A DNA stretch of 32,000 nucleotides from Mucisphaera calidilacus (GCF_007748075.1 NZ_CP036280.1:2070001-2102000), one strand, 5' to 3'. Shown: positions 7,912 to 16,350, numbered from the stretch's first letter. The notes: generated by a model not told the origin, from the letters alone. Program-made: numbers and translations.

Positions 7912-8376
7912 ATGTCATCAGAGGGGCCGATGTGTGGCCGGGTGCTTTTTTTGTGCACGGGGAACTACTACCGGAGTCGTTTTTCGGAGCAGTGGTTCAA
8001 CCACCTGTCTTCGGAGCGGGGTCTGGCGGTGCGGGCGAACTCACGGGCGCTAGGGCTGGATGAGGATCCGTACTTCTCGTATCCGACCATCGCGGTTCGG
8101 ACGCTGGAGAAGCTGGAATCGCTGGGGTTGGAGCCTGATCCGGCAAGGCTGCCGTTGCAGGTGGTTGAGGAGGAGTTGGCGTCGGCGGCGTTGGTGGTGG
8201 CGATCAAGGAGGCGGAGCACCGGCAGCGTCTGGCGGCGAAGTTCCCGGGGTGGGAGGAGCGCGTGCGTTACTGGCACGTTCATGATCTGGACGGGGCGAC
8301 GCCTGAGGAGGCGCTGGGCGAGCTGGAGGTGCTGGTGGGTGAGCTGGTGGATGAGATGGCGGACGGATCGGCCTGA
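7912..8376 (+). CDS. low-molecular-weight protein-tyrosine phosphatase family protein
   Basis: Intact C-X5-R-S P-loop (VLFLCTGNYYRSRF). AGGGGA lies 6 nt upstream of the ATG. Confidence 0.8.
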   Translation: MSSEGPMCGRVLFLCTGNYYRSRFSEQWFNHLSSERGLAVRANSRALGLDEDPYFSYPTIAVRTLEKLESLGLEPDPARLPLQVVEEELASAALVVAIKEAEHRQRLAAKFPGWEERVRYWHVHDLDGATPEEALGELEVLVGELVDEMADGSA

Positions 8377-8377
8377 A

Positions 8378-8740
8378 TCAGGTCATGTCGGGGATGAGGT
8401 TGTCGAGACCGGGGATGTCGATGTCGCCGACGGCGAGCTTGATCTCGGACTGGATCATCTGTTTGGCCATGGCCATGGCCTGGTTGACAGCCTGGCGGGT
8501 GAGGTCCTGGAGCATCTGTCGGTCGGCGTCGTTTGCGGCGGTGAGTGCGGCGGGTTCGAAGGTGATGTCGGTGACTTCGAGGTGTCCGGAGACGGTGACC
8601 TTGACGACGCCTGCGCCGGCCTCGGCGGTAACGGTTCGTCGTCCGAGTTCGTTCTTGACCTTTTCGGCGCGGGCCTTGAGTTCGTCGCGGTTGGCCCAGA
8701 GCTTGCCGAGTTCCTTCATCATTTTCATCTGTTCGAACAT
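8378..8740 (-). CDS. ybaB: YbaB/EbfC family nucleoid-associated protein
   Basis: The 120-aa product MFEQMKMMKELGKLW...AEAGAGVVKVTVSGHLEVTDITFEP... is typical of the YbaB family. Its ATG (8740-8738) overlaps the TGA of the upstream tau frame (TGATG). The R/H/Q/P-rich extension of this ORF to 9079 is rejected. Confidence 0.9.
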   Translation of the reverse strand: MFEQMKMMKELGKLWANRDELKARAEKVKNELGRRTVTAEAGAGVVKVTVSGHLEVTDITFEPAALTAANDADRQMLQDLTRQAVNQAMAMAKQMIQSEIKLAVGDIDIPGLDNLIPDMT

Positions 8741-9240
8741 CAGTTGTCCTTGTCGTCGTTGTCGGGTTGCTGTTGTTGTTCGATGTTGGTGACGGTGGCG
8801 TCGGGGAAGATCTCGAGTGCGAGTTTGATGCCTGGCTGGTTGAGTGCGTCGCGGAGGTTGGCCTTGCCGGTGGCGGTCTGTTGATCGGTGGCGGTGTTGG
8901 TCTGCGGGGTGCTGGTGCGGATCTCGAGGGTTTGCCCGGTGGCTTTGGCGAGGAGTTCGGCGAGTTTGGCGCGGTTGGCCGGCATGCCGAGGAACTTGAT
9001 CGCCTCGCGTTTGCTGGGTTTGGGGGCGATGGTGGCGGCGTTGTCGGTGAGTTGGGTGAGGGTGAGGAAGTCGACCCACGCGAGGGAGGGTGAGGCCTCG
9101 GCGGCGTGGCGGACGTGTGCCCAGACGGCGTTGATGTCGTTGGGGTCGGCGGCGGGCTGTGCGGTGGGTGCGGTTGGTGTGGCGGGTTCCAGCCTGGGTG
9201 TGTGCGGCCGCCCTGCCGTCTGGTCAGCTACGGCTTTTTT
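8740..9240 (-). CDS. dnaX: dnaX tau-specific C-terminal extension, in the -1 frame relative to 9228..10415 (needs recoding or a homopolymer-length correction)
   Basis: Hand translation from the slippery site is open for 164 codons to TGA 8740-8742. The sequence (..INAVWAHVRHAAEASPSLAWVDFLTLTQLTDNAATIAPKPSKREAIKFLGMPANRAKLAELLAKATGQTLEI..) resembles DnaX C-terminal domains. Confidence 0.6.
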   Translation of the reverse strand, partial: KKAVADQTAGRPHTPRLEPATPTAPTAQPAADPNDINAVWAHVRHAAEASPSLAWVDFLTLTQLTDNAATIAPKPSKREAIKFLGMPANRAKLAELLAKATGQTLEIRTSTPQTNTATDQQTATGKANLRDALNQPGIKLALEIFPDATVTNIEQQQQPDNDDKDN

Positions 9241-10415
9241 TTTTGAGTCGGGGTGGTGTTGCCGGCGAGGATCGCGGCGACGTCGGCCATCTTCTCGGCG
9301 AGGGCCATGCGGGCGAGGACGGCGTCGAAGAGTGCGCGGGGGTTGGCGGATTGTTTGGCGTGTCGCTGGAGGTTGTCGGCGAGGGTGATGAGGTAGACGA
9401 GGGCGTCGGTGTCGAAGTGTGCGGCGAGTTGGGCGGTGGTCTTGCGCGCCTCGTCGGAGAGTTCGACGACGTCGGCGTCGGGTCCGCAGGCGGCGACAAG
9501 CATGAGTTGCCGGAGTCGTTCGATGAGGGTTTCGACGACCTGTTCCTGGGATACGCCTCGGGCGAGCAGGTCGTGTCCGGCGCGGAGGGTTGCGGCGACG
9601 TCGCCTTGGGCGGCGGCGTTGACGAGGTTGTCGATGAGGTCGGTCTCGGGGAGACCGAGGAGTGTTTCGAGGGTGGTGACGGTGAGTTTGTCGTCGCCGG
9701 CGGCGGCGATGACGCGGTCGAGGAGGGAGAGTGCGTCGCGCATGGAGCCGTTGCCGAGGCGTGCGACGGTGTAGACAAGGTCGTCCTCGGCGTCGAGGGA
9801 TTCGGCGTTGACGACGGCCTTGAGGTGTTCGGTGATGCGAGCGGTGGGAATGGCGGGGAAGTCGAAGCGTTGGCAGCGCGACTGGATGGTGGGCGGGACC
9901 TTGTGGGGGTCGGTGGTGCAGAGGATGAATTTCACGTGCTCGGGGGGCTCCTCCATGGTTTTGAGGAGGGCGTTGAAGGCCTGGTTGGAGAGCATGTGGA
10001 CTTCGTCGATGATGTAGATCTTGAAGCGAGCGTTGGCGGTAGGGGCGAGTCCGGCGTTGGCGATGAGTTCGCGTGCGTTGTCGACGCTGTTGTTGGAGGC
10101 GGCGTCGATCTCGATGACGTTGAGGTCGTCGCCACGCATGATGGCGTCGGCCATGCGTTGCTGGACGTCGGTTTCGGGGAGTTCGACGTCGCTGGGCTGC
10201 GGTGCGTCGGGCATGGTTGCGGGTGCGTTGAGTGCGCGAGCGAAGAGGCGTGCCATGGAGGTTTTGCCGACGCCTCGTGTCCCGCAGAAGAGGTAGGCGT
10301 GGGCGACGCGGTCGCGTTGGATGGCGTTTTTGAGCGTCTGCGCGACGGCGTCCTGGCCGACGACGTCGCCGAAGGCCTGAGAGCGGTATCGTCGAGCGAG
10401 GACGGTGTAGGCCAT
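9228..10415 (-). CDS. dnaX: DNA polymerase III subunit gamma/tau, 0-frame product (395 codons, gamma-like)
   Basis: Canonical N-terminus MAYTVLARRYRSQAFGDVVGQD, Walker A FCGTRGVGKTSMARL, and IYIIDEVHMLS. Start placed at ATG 10415, because the longer ORF to 10520 would overlap the SRP RNA. Confidence 0.92.
   Translation of the reverse strand: MAYTVLARRYRSQAFGDVVGQDAVAQTLKNAIQRDRVAHAYLFCGTRGVGKTSMARLFARALNAPATMPDAPQPSDVELPETDVQQRMADAIMRGDDLNVIEIDAASNNSVDNARELIANAGLAPTANARFKIYIIDEVHMLSNQAFNALLKTMEEPPEHVKFILCTTDPHKVPPTIQSRCQRFDFPAIPTARITEHLKAVVNAESLDAEDDLVYTVARLGNGSMRDALSLLDRVIAAAGDDKLTVTTLETLLGLPETDLIDNLVNAAAQGDVAATLRAGHDLLARGVSQEQVVETLIERLRQLMLVAACGPDADVVELSDEARKTTAQLAAHFDTDALVYLITLADNLQRHAKQSANPRALFDAVLARMALAEKMADVAAILAGNTTPTQKKKP
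9234..9244 (-). other. A10 tract containing the A AAA AAG heptamer (candidate -1 ribosomal frameshift or transcriptional slippage site)
   Basis: T10 on the + strand at 9235-9244. On the minus strand the 0 frame reads CAA AAA AAA AAG CCG TAG. Confidence 0.5.
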
Positions 10416-10459
10416 GGTGTTGGGGCCGTCTCCATTGAGGCGATGGGACCCGGTCGAGG

Positions 10460-10572
10460 GGACAGGCGGCCAGGACACCGACGGCACCGGGCCGACGACG
10501 CTTAGGGCTGCTCCGGTCAAGGCCTGACCCGGTTCACGAGCCTACCCGTGCATCGGGCCCGACCGCCTGTCC
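10460..10572 (-). ncRNA. ffs: signal recognition particle RNA (4.5S-type)
   Basis: The minus strand folds into one long hairpin, closed by a perfect 10-bp terminal helix (GGACAGGCGG / CCGCCUGUCC). The conserved domain IV strands GGGUCAGG...AGCAGCCC are separated by 10 nt, as in E. coli 4.5S RNA. It sits directly upstream of dnaX, a classic position. Confidence 0.7.
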
Positions 10573-10693
10573 GATCGACGAGGTCGATCGAACTCAAGAG
10601 GGTATGGCAGGCGGGGGTGATGGGCAACCGGGTTGCCGGTTGTGGTGTAGTCTTTATGCTCAGGCATCGCGGGTCTTATTTATTGGGGTTCTC

Positions 10694-11824
10694 ATGATTA
10701 CATACATCCTGCGTGGGCTGTTCATTCTGCTGGCGACCTCGGTGACGGCGTTGTACGTGCTGCCGTTTCAGGCGGAGCAGGAGGTCAGCGTTCTGAACGT
10801 GATGATGCTGATCGGGGGGACGCTGATTCTGTGCGTGGGGGTGATCGCGTTGGACGCGGCCTACCCGGAGAAGGATCTGTCGGCGGTGTCTGGGGTGTTT
10901 CTGGGGATCATCGCGGGTTTGCTGGCGACGTACGCGGCGTCGTTCCTGGTGGATTTGATCCCGGTGCTGATCGAGTTCAAGGAGCCTGAGGCGATCGAGC
11001 GTCTGCTGCGTGGTGTGAAGGTTCTGCTGGGCGTGGTGTTCTGTTACGTGGGGATTTCGCTGGTGCTGCAGACGAAGGATGATTTCCGGTTCATCATCCC
11101 GTATGTGGAGTTTGCGAAGGAGTTGCGGGGTTCGCGGCCGACGCTGTTGGACACGTCGGTGATCGTGGACGGTCGGATCGTGGACATAATCGAGACGCAT
11201 GCTCTGCAGGGCCCGCTGGTGGTGCCGAGGTTCGTGCTGAACGAGTTGCAGACGATCGCGGACGCGTCGGAGAAGATGAAGCGTGCTCGCGGGCGGCGGG
11301 GTCTGGACATGCTGCAGAGCCTGCAGGAGAGCCACGCGATCGAGGTGCAGATCGAGGATCGTGATGCTGAGGGGGCGGGCGTGGACCAGAAGCTGATCAG
11401 TCTTGCGCAGCATCTGCGGGCGCGGGTGATGACCAACGACTACAACCTGAACAAGATCGCGCAGCTGCGCGGTGTTGAGGTGATCAACCTGAATGATCTG
11501 GCGAAGGCGCTTCGTCCGGTGGCGCTGCCTGGGGAGGAGTTGGTCGTGAAGCTGGTGAAGCCGGGCGAGAACCCGTCGCAGGGGGTGGGTTATCTGGATG
11601 ACGGGACGATGGTGGTGGTGGAGAACGGCCGGGAGCATATCGGCGAGCGTGTGGATCTGGTGGTGACGTCGACGCTCCAGACCTCTGCGGGGCGGATGAT
11701 TTTCGGGAAGTTCGCGTCGACGGAGGACGAGGAGGAAGCGGAGGAGGCGGTGACGGAGCCGGTGGCGGTCGCGGAGGAGGGGCATCGGGTGCGGACGACA
11801 CGTCGGAACCCGCGGCGGGGATAG
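10694..11824 (+). CDS. PIN/TRAM domain-containing membrane protein (YacL-like)
   Basis: N-terminal TM helices, a PIN domain (LLDTSVIVDGRIVDI...VVPRFVLNELQ...TNDYNLNKIA) and a C-terminal TRAM-like domain (GEELVVKLVKPGENPSQGVGYLDDGTMVVVENG). Start placed at ATG 10694. Confidence 0.8.
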   Translation: MITYILRGLFILLATSVTALYVLPFQAEQEVSVLNVMMLIGGTLILCVGVIALDAAYPEKDLSAVSGVFLGIIAGLLATYAASFLVDLIPVLIEFKEPEAIERLLRGVKVLLGVVFCYVGISLVLQTKDDFRFIIPYVEFAKELRGSRPTLLDTSVIVDGRIVDIIETHALQGPLVVPRFVLNELQTIADASEKMKRARGRRGLDMLQSLQESHAIEVQIEDRDAEGAGVDQKLISLAQHLRARVMTNDYNLNKIAQLRGVEVINLNDLAKALRPVALPGEELVVKLVKPGENPSQGVGYLDDGTMVVVENGREHIGERVDLVVTSTLQTSAGRMIFGKFASTEDEEEAEEAVTEPVAVAEEGHRVRTTRRNPRRG

Positions 11825-11831
11825 CTCGTAT

Positions 11832-11877
11832 TGATTAATTAATCAGCATTGTCAAGATACGCCAATCACGGTATACT
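11832..11877 (+). promoter_or_regulatory. candidate parDE promoter with upstream palindromic operator
   Basis: Perfect 14-bp palindrome TGATTAATTAATCA (11832-11845). Then TTGTCA (11849-11854), a 17-nt spacer and TATACT (11872-11877). The parD ATG lies 7 nt after the -10 element. Confidence 0.45.
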
Positions 11878-11883
11878 TGATTT

Positions 11884-12201
11884 ATGCCTACACAGAATGT
11901 CAGTTTGTCGGAGCACTTCTACGACTTCATCCAGCGTTGCGTGGATTCGGGGCGGTATCAGAACGCGAGCGAGGTGGTGCGTGCGGGCTTGCGGGCGCTT
12001 GAGCAGCGTGAGAAGGAGGAGGCGGCGCGGGTTGAGCGTCTCAAGCAGCTGATTCAGGAGGGTGAGGAGGCTTATGCGCGTGGGGAGTATGTGAGTCTGA
12101 GTTCGTCTGAGGAGCGTGCGGCGTGGTTGGAGGGCATTGAGCAAGAGGTTCTTGAAGAGAAGCATCGAGATCAACAGCGTGTGGATGACGAGGCGGCATG
12201 A
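11884..12201 (+). CDS. parD: type II antitoxin, ParD family (ribbon-helix-helix)
   Basis: The N-terminus MPTQNVSLSEHFYDFIQRCVDSGRYQNASEVVRAGLRALEQRE is typical of ParD. It overlaps the downstream toxin gene by 4 nt (ATGA). Confidence 0.85.
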   Translation: MPTQNVSLSEHFYDFIQRCVDSGRYQNASEVVRAGLRALEQREKEEAARVERLKQLIQEGEEAYARGEYVSLSSSEERAAWLEGIEQEVLEEKHRDQQRVDDEAA

Positions 12202-12545
12202 ACTGGCGTGTCGAAGTTACGTCACAGGCACGCGCCGACATTAAGGCTGTTCTCCGGTACACGCTGGACAGGTTCGGTCCGAATCAGGTGCGGTATTACC
12301 GCGTCGCGATTGATGATTCGCTCAAACACCTTGAGACCGACCCTGTGTCTGTTCCGGCGAAACCACTTACTCCGCCGTTGCCTTCAATTCGCCAGTTGCC
12401 GGTGCGTCTGCGGGGCAGGTCGGGCCGACACGCGTTGATCTACCGGCTTGATGAGGTGGCGCGTGTGGTGATTGTGCTGCGGCTGCTGCACCGGGCGATG
12501 GATCTGGGGCGTCACGTTGAGGGGGAGGCTGGTGAGGATGATTGA
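12198..12545 (+). CDS. parE: type II toxin, ParE/RelE superfamily
   Basis: ParE-like pattern (W.V..T.QARADI..VLRY....FG...V..Y...I...L..L...P...............HALIYRLDE..RVVIVLRLLHRAMDL..H). Confidence 0.85.
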   Translation: MNWRVEVTSQARADIKAVLRYTLDRFGPNQVRYYRVAIDDSLKHLETDPVSVPAKPLTPPLPSIRQLPVRLRGRSGRHALIYRLDEVARVVIVLRLLHRAMDLGRHVEGEAGEDD

Positions 12546-12585
12546 GCGGGGGGAGGAGGCGGTGGGTCGTGCTTGGGGTACGGGC

Positions 12586-12978
12586 TTATTTATTGTCGTA
12601 GTAGCGTTGTTGCTTGTCGATTTCTTTGGTGCCGCCACGGATGTAGGCCTGGGCGGTTTCTTTTTTGTTGATGGTCTTGGCGTCGATGGCGGCCTCGGGG
12701 ATGCCCCACGTGATGGAGATGGGCCAGAGCAGCAGGTTGGCGACGCCGACCCAGATGTGTTCGTTGTTGTCGCCTGGTGCGAGGTAGAAGTTGCCGACGC
12801 CCGGGAGGATGTTGAGGACGGCGGCGGTGGTCTGGTCCTTGCGTTTGACGGCGTCTTCCTCGTAGCCGTCGGCGACGACCTTCATGAGTGTTTCTCGCTC
12901 GAGAGATGAGAGGCTGGTGCAGCCGGTCAGGATGATGGACGTTGCCAGCGTGCATGCGATGAGTCCCTGTCGGCGCAT
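12586..12978 (-). CDS. hypothetical lipoprotein
   Basis: Signal peptide with lipobox (MRRQGLIACTLATSIILTGC). Lys-rich, protein-like composition. No family recognised. Confidence 0.55.
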   Translation of the reverse strand: MRRQGLIACTLATSIILTGCTSLSSLERETLMKVVADGYEEDAVKRKDQTTAAVLNILPGVGNFYLAPGDNNEHIWVGVANLLLWPISITWGIPEAAIDAKTINKKETAQAYIRGGTKEIDKQQRYYDNK

Positions 12979-13049
12979 TGTGTTGCCCTTCTCGATGGTG
13001 TTCCTAGCCCGAGACGTAATTCAATACATTGTCGCGAGGGGTTATCTGA

Positions 13050-13955
13050 TTACAACCCGAGGGCCTTGGCCATGGTGGTGCCGAGGTCGGCGGGTGATTC
13101 GGCGATGTGGCAGCCGGCTTCGCGGAGGGCGTCGAGTTTGGTTTCTGCACCGCCTTCGCCTCCTGAGATGATCGCGCCGGCGTGTCCCATGCGTCGTCCG
13201 GGGGGCGCGGTACGTCCGGCGATGAAGGCGGCGATGGGCTTGGAGACGTGGTTCTTGATGTAGTCGGCGGCGGCTTCCTCGTCGGATCCGCCGATCTCCC
13301 CGATGAGGACGATGCCATCGGTCTGGGTATCGGCGTTGAACTGGACGAGGCAGTCGATGAAGTTCATGCCTCGGACGGGGTCGCCTCCGATGCCGACGCA
13401 GGTGGTCTGTCCGATGCCGAGGTTGGAGGTCTGCCAGACGGCCTCGTAGGTGAGGGTGCCGGATCGTGAGATGATGCCGACGGAGCGTTTGGCTTCGGCG
13501 TCTTCGGGCTTCTTGTGGATGTAGCCGGGCATGATGCCGATCTTGCACTGTCCGGGGGTGATGACACCCGGGCAGTTGGGTCCGATGAGGCGGACCTGGC
13601 GGTGCTGTGGCTGGGCGAGGATGCGTTTGACGCGCATCATGTCGACGACGGGGATGCCTTCGGTGATGCAGACGATGAGCTGGATGCCGGCGTCGGCGGC
13701 TTCGAGGATGGCGTCGCCTGCGAACGGCGGCGGGACGAAGATCATGGTGGCGTTGGCCTCGGTGGCTTCAACGGCCTCGTAACAGGTGTTGAAGATGGGG
13801 AGTCCGTTGGTGTCTTTCTGTCCGCCCTTGTTGGGCGTGACGCCACCGACCATGTTGGTGCCGTATTCGAGGCAGCCCCTGGTGTGGAAGGCACCGGCGG
13901 ACCCTGTGATCCCCTGGCAGATCACACGCGTGTTGGAGTCGACAAGAATGCTCAT
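13050..13955 (-). CDS. sucD: succinate--CoA ligase subunit alpha
   Basis: Canonical SucD sequence ([36 protein letters not shown]..., phosphohistidine loop [13 protein letters not shown]). Confidence 0.95.
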   Translation of the reverse strand: MSILVDSNTRVICQGITGSAGAFHTRGCLEYGTNMVGGVTPNKGGQKDTNGLPIFNTCYEAVEATEANATMIFVPPPFAGDAILEAADAGIQLIVCITEGIPVVDMMRVKRILAQPQHRQVRLIGPNCPGVITPGQCKIGIMPGYIHKKPEDAEAKRSVGIISRSGTLTYEAVWQTSNLGIGQTTCVGIGGDPVRGMNFIDCLVQFNADTQTDGIVLIGEIGGSDEEAAADYIKNHVSKPIAAFIAGRTAPPGRRMGHAGAIISGGEGGAETKLDALREAGCHIAESPADLGTTMAKALGL

Positions 13956-14006
13956 GGGAGGGAATCGTTTAGCCTCTGGCTGGTTGGGGGAAGTTGGGAG
14001 GTTTGT

Positions 14007-14426
14007 TTATCGCCAGTCGTCGCCTGGTCGTTCGAGGGGTCGGTCGTCGTCCTCATCGAACCAGTCGTCGACGCCCGGGCGTGAACCGAATTCGACGGTG
14101 ATGGTTGATCGGATACCGCCTCGGCCGCGCCAGTCGGTCCGGACCACGATCCATCGCGGGCTCATGGCCTTACGGAGATCATCGGCGATCTGGTTGGTGA
14201 CGGCTTCGTAGAAAATGCCCTCGGTGCGGTAATTCTGGAGGTAGAGCTTGAGGGATTTGAGTTCGATGCAGGTCTGGTCGGGAACGTATCGGAGTTCGAC
14301 GACGCCGAAGTCGGGGTGTCCGGTCTTGGGGCAGAGGCTGGTGAACTCTTCGGCGACGTGCTCGATGACGTAGTCACGGTCGGGCGTGGGGTTGGGGAAG
14401 CACTCGATGAGCTTGGTGTCGGCCAT
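14007..14426 (-). CDS. queF: NADPH-dependent 7-cyano-7-deazaguanine (preQ0) reductase
   Basis: QueF motif EFTSLCPKTGHPDF plus IELKSLKLYLQNYR. Start placed at ATG 14426 (MADTKLIECFPNP). Confidence 0.9.
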   Translation of the reverse strand: MADTKLIECFPNPTPDRDYVIEHVAEEFTSLCPKTGHPDFGVVELRYVPDQTCIELKSLKLYLQNYRTEGIFYEAVTNQIADDLRKAMSPRWIVVRTDWRGRGGIRSTITVEFGSRPGVDDWFDEDDDRPLERPGDDWR

Positions 14427-14508
14427 GTGGGAGAGGATACCCGGATCGGGCGTTTGTGTGCGGGGGGTGGGTTGTCGGCGGGTGCGGCGTGCGGCTATTC
14501 TTCGTGGC

Positions 14509-14823
14509 ATGTCCAAACCGAGTCCGATCAGTGCGTCTGATGTGCGTCACGTGGCGAAGCTGAGTCGTCTGAGTCTGAGCGACGACGAGGTGGCGACGAT
14601 GACGGATCAGCTGGGGAGCATCCTGTCGTACATCCAGAAGCTGAGCGAGCTGGACGTGGAGGGTGTGGAGCCGATGGCGCACCCGCTGGACCTGACGAAT
14701 GCCCTGCGTGAGGACGTTGAGGAGCCCGGGCTGGCGACGGACCGGGCGTTGATGAACGCGCCGGCGTCGGACCCGCCGTTTTTCGAGGTTCCGAAGGTGT
14801 TGGGTGACGGGTCGAGTGCCTGA
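14509..14823 (+). CDS. gatC: Asp-tRNA(Asn)/Glu-tRNA(Gln) amidotransferase subunit C
   Basis: GatC pattern (VRHVAKLSRLSLSDDEV...LGSILSYIQKLSELDVEGVEPMAHP). Start placed at ATG 14509. It lies directly upstream of gatA. Confidence 0.9.
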   Translation: MSKPSPISASDVRHVAKLSRLSLSDDEVATMTDQLGSILSYIQKLSELDVEGVEPMAHPLDLTNALREDVEEPGLATDRALMNAPASDPPFFEVPKVLGDGSSA

Positions 14824-14840
14824 GCGAGGTTGTCTGAAGC

Positions 14841-16319
14841 ATGGCTATAGATCTGACAGAGGCGACGCTGGCGGGGCTTTGTGCGTCGATCGCGTCGCGT
14901 GAGGTGTCTTCGGCGGAGGTTGTGCGGGGGTACCTGGATCGGATCGCGTCGTGCGACGGGACGCTTTGTGCCTATGAGGAGGTGTGGGCAGAGGCGGCGC
15001 TGGAGCGTGCGGCGGCGGTGGACCGCGGGGAGGTGACAGGGCCGCTGGCGGGTGTACCGATCGGTGTGAAGGCGTTGTTCTGCACGGCGTCGGGGACGAC
15101 GACGGCGTCGTCGAAGATGCTGGAGGGGTATCGCTCGCCTTTCACGGCGACGTCGATTGCGCGTCTGGAGGCGGCGGGCGCGGTGGTGCTGGGCAAGACC
15201 CGGATGGACGAGTTTGCGATGGGCTCGTCGGGTGAGAACTGCGGTTTCGGCGCGACGCGGAACCCGTGGGACACGGATCGCGTGCCGGGCGGCTCATCGA
15301 GCGGGAGCGCGGCGGCGATCGCGGCGGACCTGTGTGCGGGGGCGATCGGCACGGACACGGGGGGTTCGATCCGTCAGCCGGCGGCGTTGTGTGGCGTGGT
15401 GGGTCTGAAGCCGACGTATGGCCGGATTTCGCGTTGGGGGATGGTGGCGTTCGCGTCGAGTCTGGATCAGGCGGGTCCGTTGACGCACACGGTGGAGGAT
15501 GCGGCCCTGCTGCTGGCGGCGATGTCGGGGGGCGATCCGCTGGACTCGACGTGCGCGGACGAGCCGGTGCCCGATGATCTGACGGACGTGGATGCGGACC
15601 CGGGGAAGATCCGGTTGGGTCTGCCGAGGCAGTATTTCGGGGGCGGGAACACGGCGGACGTGGAGGCGGCGGTCGAGCGTGCCAAGGCGGTCTTCGCCGA
15701 CGCTGGTGCGGAGCTGGTGGAGATCGACCTGCCGCACACGGATTACGGCATCCCGGTGTATTACATCGTGGCGACGGCGGAGGCCTCGTCGAACCTGGCG
15801 CGTTACGACGGGATTCACTACGGTCATCGGACGGCGACGACGGACGACCTGGTAGAGCTGTATGCGGCGAGTCGCTCGGAGGGTTTTGGTCCGGAGGTGA
15901 AGCGTCGGATCATGCTGGGGACGTATGCGTTGTCGAGCGGGTATTACGACGCGTACTACAACCGCGCGTTGAAGGTTCGGCGATTGATCCGTCAGGATTT
16001 TGACGCGGCGTTCGAGCGTTGTGACGCGGTGCTGTGCCCGACGACGCCGGGGCCGGCGTTTCGTATTGGTGCGAAGACGGACGATCCGCTGGCGATGTAT
16101 CTGAATGACATTTACACCGTGAATGCGCCGCTGGCGGGTCTTCCTGCGATCAGCGTGCCCGGTGGGATGGACGATTCTGAGGGTCGTGCCCTGCCGATTG
16201 GCGTGCAGTTGATCGGGCGGCCGTTTGACGAGGCTCGTATGCTGCGGATCGCGCGTGTTTATGAGCGTGCGACGGAGCATTATCGTTCGCGGCCTGACCT
16301 CGGGTCGGCGACGGTTTGA
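14841..16319 (+). CDS. gatA: Asp-tRNA(Asn)/Glu-tRNA(Gln) amidotransferase subunit A
   Basis: Amidase signature (GGSSSGSAAAIAADLCAGAIGTDTGGSIRQPAALCGVVGLKPTYGRISRWG). Confidence 0.95.
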   Translation: MAIDLTEATLAGLCASIASREVSSAEVVRGYLDRIASCDGTLCAYEEVWAEAALERAAAVDRGEVTGPLAGVPIGVKALFCTASGTTTASSKMLEGYRSPFTATSIARLEAAGAVVLGKTRMDEFAMGSSGENCGFGATRNPWDTDRVPGGSSSGSAAAIAADLCAGAIGTDTGGSIRQPAALCGVVGLKPTYGRISRWGMVAFASSLDQAGPLTHTVEDAALLLAAMSGGDPLDSTCADEPVPDDLTDVDADPGKIRLGLPRQYFGGGNTADVEAAVERAKAVFADAGAELVEIDLPHTDYGIPVYYIVATAEASSNLARYDGIHYGHRTATTDDLVELYAASRSEGFGPEVKRRIMLGTYALSSGYYDAYYNRALKVRRLIRQDFDAAFERCDAVLCPTTPGPAFRIGAKTDDPLAMYLNDIYTVNAPLAGLPAISVPGGMDDSEGRALPIGVQLIGRPFDEARMLRIARVYERATEHYRSRPDLGSATV

Positions 16320-16350
16320 TCGGTTGTGTTTTTAAGGATGAGAGCATCCC

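Noticed and set aside
8741-9079. N-terminal extension of the ybaB frame (ORF 8378..9079, 233 aa)
   Set aside because: The extension is R/H/Q/P/T low-complexity sequence and overlaps the tau C-terminal frame, which looks genuinely coding. The YbaB family starts at MFEQMK (8740).
9159-10505. 448-aa ORF on the + strand, antisense to dnaX
   Set aside because: It has the same antisense-frame composition artefact, and dnaX on the minus strand is unambiguous.
10416-10520. Longer dnaX start (MTGAALSVVG...) from the ORF track
   Set aside because: It would overlap the SRP RNA (10460-10572). The canonical DnaX N-terminus begins at MAYTVLARRYR (10415).
14427-14508. Possible preQ1 riboswitch upstream of queF
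   Set aside because: The 82-nt divergent spacer shows no preQ1-I or preQ1-II-like hairpin followed by an A-rich tail. It is C-rich and unstructured by eye.
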